A stretch of DNA of 31,486 nt, from the IMG/VR virus record IMGVR_UViG_3300022690_002678. The stretch is one strand, 5' to 3'. The stretch comes from a virus. Shown one piece after another: positions 6,869 to 15,125 of this stretch. The position numbers were made by a program, and so were the translations under genes. Positions within the stretch are counted from its first letter, which is position 1. Every line of letters begins with the position of its first letter. The notes below the pieces were generated by a model. It was given only the letters and a program-made list of their open reading frames with translations, searched no databases and was not told the DNA's origin.

Positions 6869-7201
6869 ATGAATCCTAAACGATTAGAGATGATTGAGAT
6901 TTTAGGGGGTTTTAAATGCAAACATTGTAGTGTTGTTGACGCTAGAATATTAGAAATTGATCATATTTTTGGAAATGGGAAAGAGATGCCACTTTCTGAT
7001 CATAATATTTTAGATATTTATTTAGATAATCCTTATCTTTGCAAAACGGAATTACAAATCCTATGTTGTAACTGTCATAGGATTAAATCATTAGAACATG
7101 GAGATTTGGGGAGAAGGAAAGGGGAACCTAAACCTATAACTGTTAAAAAAAAAGACATTCCTAAAAATATCTTAGAGAATATGGATTGGTATACATCATG
7201 A
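6869..7201 (+). CDS. HNH endonuclease-like protein
   Basis: LGGFKCKHC...LEIDHI.G.G...LQILCCNCHRIK; GGAGGT RBS. Confidence 0.8.
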   Translation: MNPKRLEMIEILGGFKCKHCSVVDARILEIDHIFGNGKEMPLSDHNILDIYLDNPYLCKTELQILCCNCHRIKSLEHGDLGRRKGEPKPITVKKKDIPKNILENMDWYTS

Positions 7202-7449
7202 TTGAATATCTTGATGATGAATCTCAAGAATACATTGAAGATGATGATCAGTATATTGATGAGAATAATGATCCATGTGGTGTAGTAAAGATAACAGAAG
7301 AGAACTCTGTGAGAGTTGAGGACAAAGAAGAAGTCATTGAGTTTGATGAAATATTTGAGACAGTAAAGGCAGAGATTGTAGATTTTGTAGAGCATGATCA
7401 TATGATGGAAGAAAAAGTAGTGGATGCTTTGAGAAGAGGGAAACTGTAA
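7186..7449 (+). CDS. Highly acidic small protein
   Basis: Very D/E-rich; likely start at ATG 7198 (ATGA coupling). Confidence 0.7.
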   Translation: MVYIMIEYLDDESQEYIEDDDQYIDENNDPCGVVKITEENSVRVEDKEEVIEFDEIFETVKAEIVDFVEHDHMMEEKVVDALRRGKL

Positions 7450-7586
7450 TGAGTGAATCAAAGTGGAATGAGCGATTTGATATACGAAAACACATATCAT
7501 TAAAATTAAAAAATAATGAACATATTCCCATTGCAGAATGGCAGATGTTACACTTGGCAAATCTCAAAGACGAGGTGCAAAACTGA
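7449..7586 (+). CDS. 45-aa hypothetical protein (MSESKWNERF...)
   Basis: Manually translated; TAATG-coupled; carries the GAGGTG RBS of the next gene. Confidence 0.6.
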   Translation: MSESKWNERFDIRKHISLKLKNNEHIPIAEWQMLHLANLKDEVQN

Positions 7587-7587
7587 A

Positions 7588-7803
7588 ATGAGTTCTAATT
7601 CGACAGAATTGAATAAAGGTTTAATTGGATTAATTATGCTCATTGGTTCTGTTGTATGGGCGTTCTATAGTGTATTAACATGGACTATAGATAGTGTTGA
7701 ATTATCACCTGCATTATTTGTTTCATTTACTGTTGGATTCATTTCATTATTTTTACTGATGGCAAATACCAATCATTCAGGGTGTTCAGGAGGAAAGAAA
7801 TGA
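7588..7803 (+). CDS. Small 2-TM membrane protein
   Basis: Start reassigned from 7516 to ATG 7588 (GAGGTG RBS); two hydrophobic helices. Confidence 0.7.
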   Translation: MSSNSTELNKGLIGLIMLIGSVVWAFYSVLTWTIDSVELSPALFVSFTVGFISLFLLMANTNHSGCSGGKK

Positions 7804-8096
7804 CTCGACTCGATTATGCCATACACTTTTTCTTCGGAAAAAAATCAGATTCCATGATTAGTATTGAAGAAAGATTCCCACAACTAGACAAGTTTGACAG
7901 GTTAGGAGCTTTCTTTCATGCTTTTGGAAATCTTAGTATCACTTTTAAAAAAGGATGGATAATCATACTTCCTGCTAGACATGAATTTAAATGGAATAAT
8001 AGTAAAGGAATAATTCAAATCTCAATTTCAATATTTGCACTTTATTGGAACAAAACTAGAAAAAAGACAGTTCAAACAAAAGGTGATTCTACATGA
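7800..8096 (+). CDS. Hypothetical protein
   Basis: ATGA-coupled start at 7800 with GGAGG RBS. Confidence 0.6.
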   Translation: MTRLDYAIHFFFGKKSDSMISIEERFPQLDKFDRLGAFFHAFGNLSITFKKGWIIILPARHEFKWNNSKGIIQISISIFALYWNKTRKKTVQTKGDST

Positions 8097-8180
8097 TTCT
8101 ATATTTTAAGAATGGTTGGGTTGACTCTAATAATAAAACATGGTTTTGGAAGAATGACATTTTATTCTCATTAATTAGGA

Positions 8181-8372
8181 GTGAAAATTAAAATGAAAGT
8201 TGAATTACTGTTACAAAATCACATACTGTCCTATGATCTTAAACGACTAGTAGAGCATTTAGCAAAACTAAAGGGATTTGAATTTATCATTGATCCCAAC
8301 TATGATTGTAAAATCATAGTCAAGAAGCGACCCTACAGAACTAAAAGGAGAATCCAAGATGAGCCTCTTTAG
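8181..8372 (+). CDS. Small basic hypothetical protein
   Basis: ORF track; fits the operon. Confidence 0.55.
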   Translation: MKIKMKVELLLQNHILSYDLKRLVEHLAKLKGFEFIIDPNYDCKIIVKKRPYRTKRRIQDEPL

Positions 8373-8655
8373 ATATTCTGATTATTACAACGAATCAAAA
8401 CAGAACAAAACAGTATCACACAGAAGAGGTACTCATGGGGGCATTGCAATCTCAAAAAAGATAACACTTCCAACACAGCACAGATCACCGAATCATCAAT
8501 GTGTACTGTGTCCAAGAACTGATGCCCGACAATATTCTATATCATTTAAAGAAACAAGATGGCTTTGTCCTGTTTGTATTGTAAAAAACAAAAACAAGAA
8601 CACAAAAGAAAAACCAAATTTCATCAAAGCCAGTCAGTTGGGAGTAAAAGCATGA
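8359..8655 (+). CDS. Basic Zn-finger protein
   Basis: CVLC...WLCPVC; AGGAG RBS. Confidence 0.7.
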   Translation: MSLFRYSDYYNESKQNKTVSHRRGTHGGIAISKKITLPTQHRSPNHQCVLCPRTDARQYSISFKETRWLCPVCIVKNKNKNTKEKPNFIKASQLGVKA

Positions 8656-8828
8656 CAAGTCTTGAATGTGTTTTAGGAATACTAGAAAGAGTACGAGGAC
8701 TAGAAGTGCAAAAAAAAGCACTTCAATTGCAACAATCTGAGATAGACCGCGAAATAAACGAGCAAAAAAACCAACTCAATGATTTCTTGGATGCGCATTT
8801 TATGGACGTTAAGGAGATGCCAAAATGA
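8652..8828 (+). CDS. Coiled-coil small protein (MTSLECVLG...)
   Basis: ATGA-coupled internal start of track ORF 8559-8828; GGAG RBS. Confidence 0.65.
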   Translation: MTSLECVLGILERVRGLEVQKKALQLQQSEIDREINEQKNQLNDFLDAHFMDVKEMPK

Positions 8829-8937
8829 GTCAGACAATTAATCTGAAGATCAACAAGCTTGGAAAACATTTGCTAGAATGTGAGAATTGTATGAGCAAGT
8901 TTACTATGATTATAACTCATTTGGTAGGAGAAAAAAA

Positions 8938-9078
8938 ATGAAGGAATCACAACTAAAGGCTCGCGAAACCAGACTCAACAACCATCTACAAAATAATGAA
9001 CTTCTTACCCCCTATGAAAGACAAGCAACCAAAGAAAAATTGGCTACATACATTGACAAAAGGAAAAGAATAGAATGA
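8938..9078 (+). CDS. Small basic protein (MKESQLKARE...)
   Basis: AGGAG RBS; coupled to a 38-aa ORF at 8825-8941 and to the Cdc48-N gene. Confidence 0.6.
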   Translation: MKESQLKARETRLNNHLQNNELLTPYERQATKEKLATYIDKRKRIE

Positions 9079-9608
9079 CTGATTTCATAAAACTCAGATG
9101 CAAGGAATCCTACACCAGAGATGTTGGACGTGGACATCTCAGACTTGATTATTACTCAATGGACAAGCTGAAAATATCTACAGGTGATATTATTGAGATA
9201 GAGGGCAAGAAAAAGTCAGTAGCCAAAGCATTACCATTGTATCCTACTGATGAGGGAAAAGGAATGGCAAGAACTGATGGTATAGTTCGAGAAAATATGG
9301 AATTAGTTGTTGGTGAGGAGATAAAAATTACCAAAGTCAAATCTCATGATGCAATCAAGATAGTTGTCAAATCAGAAAATGTAATTCCTCCAATTGATGA
9401 GCGATACCTTACTGATGCCTTTGAGGGAATGGCAATCTCTATTGATGATTATATCATGGTTACATACTTTGGAGGGCGACTGAAATTCCAAGTGGTTAGT
9501 ACAGTTCCACAAGGTGCAGTAGTAGTTACTCGCTTGACTAATTTTGTTATAGAGGGAAAAAAAGAAGATGATAAAGTCACATGTCCTACTTGTGGGAGTC
9601 TGGTGTGA
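9075..9608 (+). CDS. Stand-alone Cdc48/p97/VAT N-domain (double-psi barrel plus CDC48_2), no AAA module, C-terminal CPTCG
   Basis: ESYTRDVGRG..RLDY.SMD.L..STGDIIEIEG...VAKALPLYP.DEGKG..R.DG...IPPIDERYL.DA...YFGGRL.FQV, as in archaeal Cdc48 N-termini; stop follows immediately. Confidence 0.92.
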   Translation: MTDFIKLRCKESYTRDVGRGHLRLDYYSMDKLKISTGDIIEIEGKKKSVAKALPLYPTDEGKGMARTDGIVRENMELVVGEEIKITKVKSHDAIKIVVKSENVIPPIDERYLTDAFEGMAISIDDYIMVTYFGGRLKFQVVSTVPQGAVVVTRLTNFVIEGKKEDDKVTCPTCGSLV

Positions 9609-9802
9609 AGTTTTTCTCAAGACGTAAAGCAGCATCTCCTGAGAGGAGTAAAGTACCCGTCTACATCACACTACAAGGCAAAGATCAACTGATTCGATTA
9701 TGGGTTGACAAAAACATGCATCCCTATAAAGTAGAACTGCGAATGAAAAACTTTCAAGGGTATCTTGATGTTGATGAATTTCTAAAGAGATTAAAAATAT
9801 GA
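9605..9802 (+). CDS. Small basic hypothetical protein
   Basis: GTGA-coupled start at 9605. Confidence 0.6.
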   Translation: MKFFSRRKAASPERSKVPVYITLQGKDQLIRLWVDKNMHPYKVELRMKNFQGYLDVDEFLKRLKI

Positions 9803-10209
9803 CGAAATGGCTTGTAGCTGACACTAAAAGCGTAAAGGATGGTAAAATAGAACACACCATTACAGAAACTCCTTTGCTGCATTGCTGCTGCAACGAGGAT
9901 CATTTTGCAGATGTTAATATCGATATAAGACCAGAAGTAAATCCTGACTTTGTATGTGATGTAACTGAAGAATTGCCATTCAAAGATGACCAGTTCAAAG
10001 CTGCATTTGCTGATTTTCCTTGGGTTGGTTCATGGCGATTTAAATCTGCCAGAGCCATCAAAGAAATGCTCAGAGTTGCACCAATTGTATACACAATATC
10101 TCCTTGGCTGTATGGTGCTAGAACTTGCTATCCTGAATTTATCAAAGTGTCTTGGAGACCTGGAATTAACCATCCAATTCTGTTTGTAAAATATGTCAGG
10201 AGAACATGA
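9799..10209 (+). CDS. Minimal SAM-dependent methyltransferase-like protein (DPPY-like motif DFPW)
   Basis: VNIDIRPEVNPDFVCDV..LPFKDDQFKAAFADFPW...EMLRVA; motif I degenerate (LHCCCN). Confidence 0.7.
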   Translation: MTKWLVADTKSVKDGKIEHTITETPLLHCCCNEDHFADVNIDIRPEVNPDFVCDVTEELPFKDDQFKAAFADFPWVGSWRFKSARAIKEMLRVAPIVYTISPWLYGARTCYPEFIKVSWRPGINHPILFVKYVRRT

Positions 10210-10361
10210 TGGCATCAACTTTTGCACAGTTTCCAAATAATACTACAACTGCAAATACAACTGACTGGAACTTTACAGATACGTGTACGTGGCAATTTAA
10301 TATCACCATAATCTATGAAGACAATGATGAGTATGAAAACTGTGGTGGATACATTCCATGA
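10206..10361 (+). CDS. 51-aa Asn/Thr-rich microprotein
   Basis: Manually translated MMASTFAQFPNNTTTANTTDWNFT...; ATGA-coupled, AGGAG RBS. Confidence 0.45.
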   Translation: MMASTFAQFPNNTTTANTTDWNFTDTCTWQFNITIIYEDNDEYENCGGYIP

Positions 10362-10398
10362 ATTGTGGATTTTGTGTGTGAGATATATTGCAATAAAA

Positions 10399-10860
10399 AT
10401 GGGACACCGAGATATTACTGCACTGCACAAAATCTATGAGGAGGCAAAATTAATCTGCAAGGAAAACGAGCTGCCTTATCACTTTACAGTAGATGATGGC
10501 GACTATGAGACTGCAATAGAGTTCTTCTTTTTAGGAGATGCAAAGACTCCGCAATGGGAAACATTTCATCCTCCATATTCTCAGAACTGGAATGAAAACT
10601 CTAACATATTGTGCCCTGATATACTGGACTATCATCATAAAATTATAATAGAATTTGAGGAAGAAGTAGGAGAGCCACGCACAGGAGCCAGACTTGCCAA
10701 AAAAGGCCATCATAGGGAGGGTGATATGGATAACAGTCATGATACAGAGCGAGAATACTATTACAAGTGGGGACAATTTCACACGTTGCGAATATGGGAT
10801 TCTGATACAATGTGGAAAGGCAAACTAAAGAAATTTTTGATAGATGTTTATGGAAATTGA
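10399..10860 (+). CDS. PD-(D/E)XK nuclease, Vsr/DUF559-like
   Basis: CPDILD...KIIIEFEE...HD.ERE...GQFHTLRIW; ATG 10399 preferred over the track start 10315. Confidence 0.7.
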   Translation: MGHRDITALHKIYEEAKLICKENELPYHFTVDDGDYETAIEFFFLGDAKTPQWETFHPPYSQNWNENSNILCPDILDYHHKIIIEFEEEVGEPRTGARLAKKGHHREGDMDNSHDTEREYYYKWGQFHTLRIWDSDTMWKGKLKKFLIDVYGN

Positions 10861-10898
10861 ACTAATCTTTAAATATTAACCCACTACTATGATACATT

Positions 10899-11042
10899 AT
10901 GAGTAAACGTGTTACAATTATGATCGACGAAGATCTTGACAAGAAACTCAGACTCAGACAAGCAAAAATGATTTCACAAGAACAGTCATCATATAGTTTT
11001 TCAAGAGTGTTAAATGAAGCAGTCCGTAAAGGTTTGAAATAA
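10899..11042 (+). CDS. 47-aa ribbon-helix-helix protein (MSKRVTIMIDEDLDKKLRLRQAKMI...SFSRVLNEAVRKGLK)
   Basis: Manually translated; classic RHH pattern of a Nitrosopumilus-type family; TTTAAATA ~25 nt upstream (leaderless). Confidence 0.9.
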   Translation: MSKRVTIMIDEDLDKKLRLRQAKMISQEQSSYSFSRVLNEAVRKGLK

Positions 11043-11118
11043 ATAAAATTGGGGTTCAATAATCCCTTCATCACAATTGACAAGTTCTTTTTATTTAATT
11101 ATTATTAAAGTTTCATTT

Positions 11119-11517
11119 GTGATACTTGATGCATTTAATGAACATGTAAGAATTTATCCAAATGACAGTGCTCAACTTTCTGCGTTGGGTACTGTACTGC
11201 ATAACTATCGAAGCCGAAGCATGTGGTCGCTTTTAGCTAACAACCCAAAGCGAACATACCATCTAAAAGAGATGGCAAGAATTATTGAAAAACAAGAAAA
11301 CCCACGTTTGTCAATTTACGAGTACCATATCAAGATTATGATGAAATCAAAGATCCTCATACCAACTACCAAAATACACAATAAACATGATGTAGTATTT
11401 TACAGAGCAGCTCCGTTTGTTTTACTGAGTCCTCCACAATATTATAAAAAGGCACTCACTAGTGAAACTCTAAACCGTGCATTCAGCAAAGTCTTTGAGC
11501 TTCAATGGGTACAGTAA
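11119..11517 (+). CDS. ArsR-like winged-helix regulator
   Basis: LSALG.VL.N.RSR.MW.LL...YHLKEMARII...LSIYEYHIKIM; GTG 11119 lies downstream of TTTATTTAA. Confidence 0.7.
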   Translation: MILDAFNEHVRIYPNDSAQLSALGTVLHNYRSRSMWSLLANNPKRTYHLKEMARIIEKQENPRLSIYEYHIKIMMKSKILIPTTKIHNKHDVVFYRAAPFVLLSPPQYYKKALTSETLNRAFSKVFELQWVQ

Positions 11518-11561
11518 TTACTGTACTATCTTTTTTATAAAAAAAAATACAAATTTTTCTA

Positions 11562-12152
11562 TTGGCTGAAAAGTGCAAGTATTGCTCAGAGATATTTCCA
11601 AACATAATAGATCTGCTTGAACATTTTCATGATGAGCATCTCTCAAAACTAGACTCTCTTCCATGTATGTTCTGCGAGAAAAGCTTTGCAAACTTTGAGG
11701 ATATTTTACATCATGTACAACTAGAGCATATGGGAATAGATTCTCCTCTATTAGAAAAGGCAACCATAGCCCGACAAATAAAAAAAGAGCTTGGAGATTA
11801 TCTTGATGTAGGCAAACCAGGAATTGGCTATGAATGCCCTGAGTGTTTTGAGCAGTTCTCAAATATTGATAGGCTTGTTATTCATGCTAAAAAAGAACAT
11901 AAGCGAGAACTTAATCCAGAGTTTCTTGAGCAAATAAAAAAAGTTTCAGAGACTAGTAGTAATGGCAAAGTGCAACCAATATGCCAGCGATGCAACAAAA
12001 CCTTTCTTGGTGTAGTATTTACCAAAATAGACAACAAAGTTCTAAATGTCTGCCTTAACTGCTATGAAGACTATTTTGGAGCAAACGCACTAACTAGGTT
12101 AACTGTGGGAACAAATGATGACATGATAGCCAAGATGAGAAAACCGTTATGA
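11562..12152 (+). CDS. Multi-C2H2 zinc-finger protein (3 C2H2 plus C-terminal C4)
   Basis: CKYC..F..L..HF..EH; CMFC..F...HV..EH; CPEC..F...HA..EH; CQRC...CLNC. Confidence 0.9.
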   Translation: MAEKCKYCSEIFPNIIDLLEHFHDEHLSKLDSLPCMFCEKSFANFEDILHHVQLEHMGIDSPLLEKATIARQIKKELGDYLDVGKPGIGYECPECFEQFSNIDRLVIHAKKEHKRELNPEFLEQIKKVSETSSNGKVQPICQRCNKTFLGVVFTKIDNKVLNVCLNCYEDYFGANALTRLTVGTNDDMIAKMRKPL

Positions 12153-12331
12153 ATTTTTTTTCTGATATTGATCAGTGGAGTAAGGAATCAAAAAAAGGAC
12201 TGGTATGTGGAATATTTGGATGCAACGAACCAGTAAAAATAAGATGTAATATTTGCAAAGGCGGTTATTGTAAGGAACATCAAAAATGGCATTTTCATAC
12301 ATCCAATAATATGGGAATTTTTCTAAAATAA
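12149..12331 (+). CDS. AN1-like zinc-finger small protein
   Basis: CGIFGC...CNIC...YCKEH...H. Confidence 0.75.
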   Translation: MNFFSDIDQWSKESKKGLVCGIFGCNEPVKIRCNICKGGYCKEHQKWHFHTSNNMGIFLK

Positions 12332-12333
12332 TT

Positions 12334-12771
12334 ATGAACAAAAATAAAAATGCCGATACAATCTTTGAAGAATATGCTGATCTCTACAAATTAACCGCAA
12401 AGACCGCAGATGAGCATATAGCATTTTACAAAAAGAAGGAATCTCTTTCTATGGAATATTTGTTTGATGTCTGGCACAAACTATCATTGCAGGCATTATA
12501 CTTTGATGATAGATTGTGGATTGAGAACTGGCACAACTGGGCTAAAAATATGCAAGCATTTGAAGGGCACAAATTTGAGGCAAAGTTTCTAATCCAGCAC
12601 TATCTTACAGATGTGCTTGATGAATTAGTAAGCAGACTAATTACTGAATATGTGAAACCTGCTCTTCTTAAAGTCAAAAAATCCGCCAACAAGGACGAAA
12701 TATCTGAGCTAGTAAAAGATGAAGTCACACGCCAAGTAAAAGAGGCATTAAAGAAGAAAAAGAAAACTTGA
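12334..12771 (+). CDS. Hypothetical helical protein with basic tail
   Basis: 145 aa ORF, last of the rightward arm. Confidence 0.75.
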   Translation: MNKNKNADTIFEEYADLYKLTAKTADEHIAFYKKKESLSMEYLFDVWHKLSLQALYFDDRLWIENWHNWAKNMQAFEGHKFEAKFLIQHYLTDVLDELVSRLITEYVKPALLKVKKSANKDEISELVKDEVTRQVKEALKKKKKT

Positions 12772-12787
12772 TAATCTTTAACTACCA

Positions 12788-12977
12788 TTAATTTCTTGTA
12801 ATTTTGGGATGCCTCGATCCATACTTTGTCAATAGTTTTGCGATTTTATACATATGAGGCATCCCTAAAAGAATTAAGTACGATGTCATTTCTAATAAAA
12901 TTGCAGAGCAGTTGTATTCTTTTCATTAAAACATTATTGTTGCGATAATGTGGGTGTCTCTGCCACCCAAAATTATT
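12788..12977. terminator. Two GC-rich stem-loops between convergent operons
   Basis: GGGATGCCTC(12806-15)/GAGGCATCCC(12856-65) and TGGGTG/CACCCA near 12951-12969. Confidence 0.45.
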
Positions 12978-12978
12978 T

Positions 12979-13203
12979 TCAAATTTTCTTTTTGTTTTCT
13001 AAAAATTCCATTACTAAAAAAATAATGCCCATGTAGTCCCTGTTTTGAGTTCTTAATAGTTTGACTGATCTTACCATTATGTTCTTCTCATTCCCATCTT
13101 CTTTAATCCAAGTAGAAATCTTTTCAGTGTAGAAATTCTCCATCATAGTACCCTCTCTTAATGATATTTTCAAAATTTTTAAAAGTTTTTTCTTTGATTT
13201 CAT
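12979..13203 (-). CDS. Hypothetical protein
   Basis: 74 aa, starts 1 nt after the upstream stop. Confidence 0.55.
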   Translation of the reverse strand: MKSKKKLLKILKISLREGTMMENFYTEKISTWIKEDGNEKNIMVRSVKLLRTQNRDYMGIIFLVMEFLENKKKI

Positions 13204-13204
13204 T

Positions 13205-13399
13205 TTAATTGGCAGTCATCTTTTCACGCAACGCTTCAGGTGATTTTCTCTGAGGCTTTATCTCACATTTCATACAGCGCCACTTCATCTCACGCAACAT
13301 CTGCAATCCCAATATCATGTTTGGAAAAGTCATTGTCTCTTTACAATTCAAGCACAGTGCACGAAACAGTCTGTCATCAAACTGTTTTAGTTCTGACAA
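13205..13399 (-). CDS. Small C4 zinc-binding protein (MSELKQFDDR...CLNC...CMKC)
   Basis: TTG at 13399 with GAGGT RBS, overlapping the transposase 3' end. Confidence 0.65.
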   Translation of the reverse strand: MSELKQFDDRLFRALCLNCKETMTFPNMILGLQMLREMKWRCMKCEIKPQRKSPEALREKMTAN

Positions 13400-14397
13400 C
13401 TTACCTCTTTTTCGATTGTAGCGTTTTGAATCAGTGTATCCCACTTGTTATCCTCAATGTAAATCCCTGCACGCTCAGAAGGAATTGCATTAATTCCCAT
13501 ATGATCTCGGATAAAATTGTAATACAGTATAAAGCCGTCAACGGATACTGAGTTCATATTCTTTATTGCCCGAAACGACTTTGATCTCTGTCGAAATGTT
13601 CCGTTCCATCTCTCCATTAGATTGTTCTTCCACTTTGTACCGTTGCTGTAGTTTGCCCTGACATGTTCAGTTACCTGTGAATCAAAGACTTCTCCAAATG
13701 CCTTTTTGTAGCTGGGCATACTATCAGTTGTGAATATCTTTGGATTTTTTTGTGCCTTTGTGATTGCCATTTGAAATAACTTGTTTGCCTTGTGGGTCTT
13801 TTTGGTGTCTGCAATGTAATATGCCAAAACGAATCTAGTCTCATCATCCATTAGTACGAAAAGATATTTTGGCTTTCCCTGAATTTTCAGATAGATTTCA
13901 TCGCATCTCCACTTGTCTGAAACCTTTGGCGTGAACTGATCTAAAAACACCTTCATTAGTTTCACATATTTTTTTATCCAGTAAAAGACACCACCAGATG
14001 AAATTTCTATTCCCTGCATCTGCAAAAACTTTGCAATGTTCCTAATTGACTCACCAGTAAAGTAAAGCTGCATTGTCTGGGCAATTGCTTCTGTCTTTAC
14101 ACGCAGTCCTTTGAATCCAATAACACTAAAGTCAAACTGAACGCCACAGCTTTTACAAACGTATCTCTGAACTATTCTTACTTTGTTGTGCCTTGTGCCG
14201 TTTTTGATAAAATAAGTTGAATTGCAAGTAGGACACGTAGCGTTATTTTTAGGTGCTGTGATGAATATCTTGTCTTTTGTCTTAATTACAGTCTCTGGTC
14301 TTATCTTCTTCTGAGTTATGATTTTCTTAAAGTGCTGTTGTTCCAGTTTTTCCAGATCTGGAATGTCCAGTTCTAGCTTGCTTAATCTCTGTGCCAT
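13387..14397 (-). CDS. IS6-family (DDE_Tnp_IS240-like) transposase/integrase with N-terminal Zn ribbon
   Basis: CPTC...KNG...QRYVCKSC; HTH (ESIRNIAKFL...VFYWIKKY); catalytic WRCDE, FTTDS, NNLMERWN; YYNFIR.H. Confidence 0.9.
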   Translation of the reverse strand: MAQRLSKLELDIPDLEKLEQQHFKKIITQKKIRPETVIKTKDKIFITAPKNNATCPTCNSTYFIKNGTRHNKVRIVQRYVCKSCGVQFDFSVIGFKGLRVKTEAIAQTMQLYFTGESIRNIAKFLQMQGIEISSGGVFYWIKKYVKLMKVFLDQFTPKVSDKWRCDEIYLKIQGKPKYLFVLMDDETRFVLAYYIADTKKTHKANKLFQMAITKAQKNPKIFTTDSMPSYKKAFGEVFDSQVTEHVRANYSNGTKWKNNLMERWNGTFRQRSKSFRAIKNMNSVSVDGFILYYNFIRDHMGINAIPSERAGIYIEDNKWDTLIQNATIEKEVSCQN

Positions 14398-14754
14398 TTC
14401 TGATCGATCTTAAATTTCTATTTAATAAATTAGTTCATTTGAATTGATATATCTTCTTTTGATGACTATAGTTTATTACATTAAATCATTCATCTTGATA
14501 AATCATATCTATTTAATTAAATCATATTCAATGAAATAATTAAAGATCATCTATCACTAAATGTGTAATTTCTGCTAGAAAATCAATACTGATTTTGTGT
14601 CTGCCATCAGCATATTCAAGATCTCATAATTGAATATGCAAATTTTTGCTATACATTACACAAAATGTATTTTGCAAAAATATTCCTGAAATACTGTGGT
14701 TCCCTAGAGTCAATTAAAATAAAATTACACTATACATTCCTCAGGTGTTGTATT

Positions 14755-15051
14755 TCACGGATTTGTAATTATTGTATTATCATTTTCTGGTGCAATTGGC
14801 TGCAGGCATTTTACGTCAATTAACTGTATAGAAGTATCATTATTCCACATTGTCACGGGTTGACATTGAAAACTTTGCGGCATTATTCCAAGTATTGTAT
14901 CTTGAGCTCCTGCATCATATCCGTTTTGAAATGACAACTGATTTCCTGAAATTATAGATGGAATGACATAATTATCAATTATTACAAACCAGATAAAAAT
15001 GAATGATAATACTACTGTTAGGATTATTATGAGAATCTTTTGATTTATCAT
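14755..15051 (-). CDS. Membrane-anchored small protein
   Basis: N-terminal TM helix, two Cys in the extracellular part. Confidence 0.75.
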   Translation of the reverse strand: MINQKILIIILTVVLSFIFIWFVIIDNYVIPSIISGNQLSFQNGYDAGAQDTILGIMPQSFQCQPVTMWNNDTSIQLIDVKCLQPIAPENDNTIITNP

Positions 15052-15125
15052 ATTATACTTTGATGTGATTTGGATATGAATTTATCGTGGGGAATAAAGA
15101 AAAGAGAGGTTGTATTGATTGGAAG

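Noticed and set aside
9075-9802. Frameshifted full-length cdc48 pseudogene
   Set aside because: No Walker A/B or AAA sequence is visible downstream; neighbouring genes are intact and coupled.
2631-13551. Opposite-strand or alternative-frame ORFs (e.g. 2631-2840, 2874-3218, 6472-6690, 7075-7560, 10862-11083, 11518-11862, 13240-13551)
   Set aside because: They overlap better-supported coupled genes and lack RBS or motifs.
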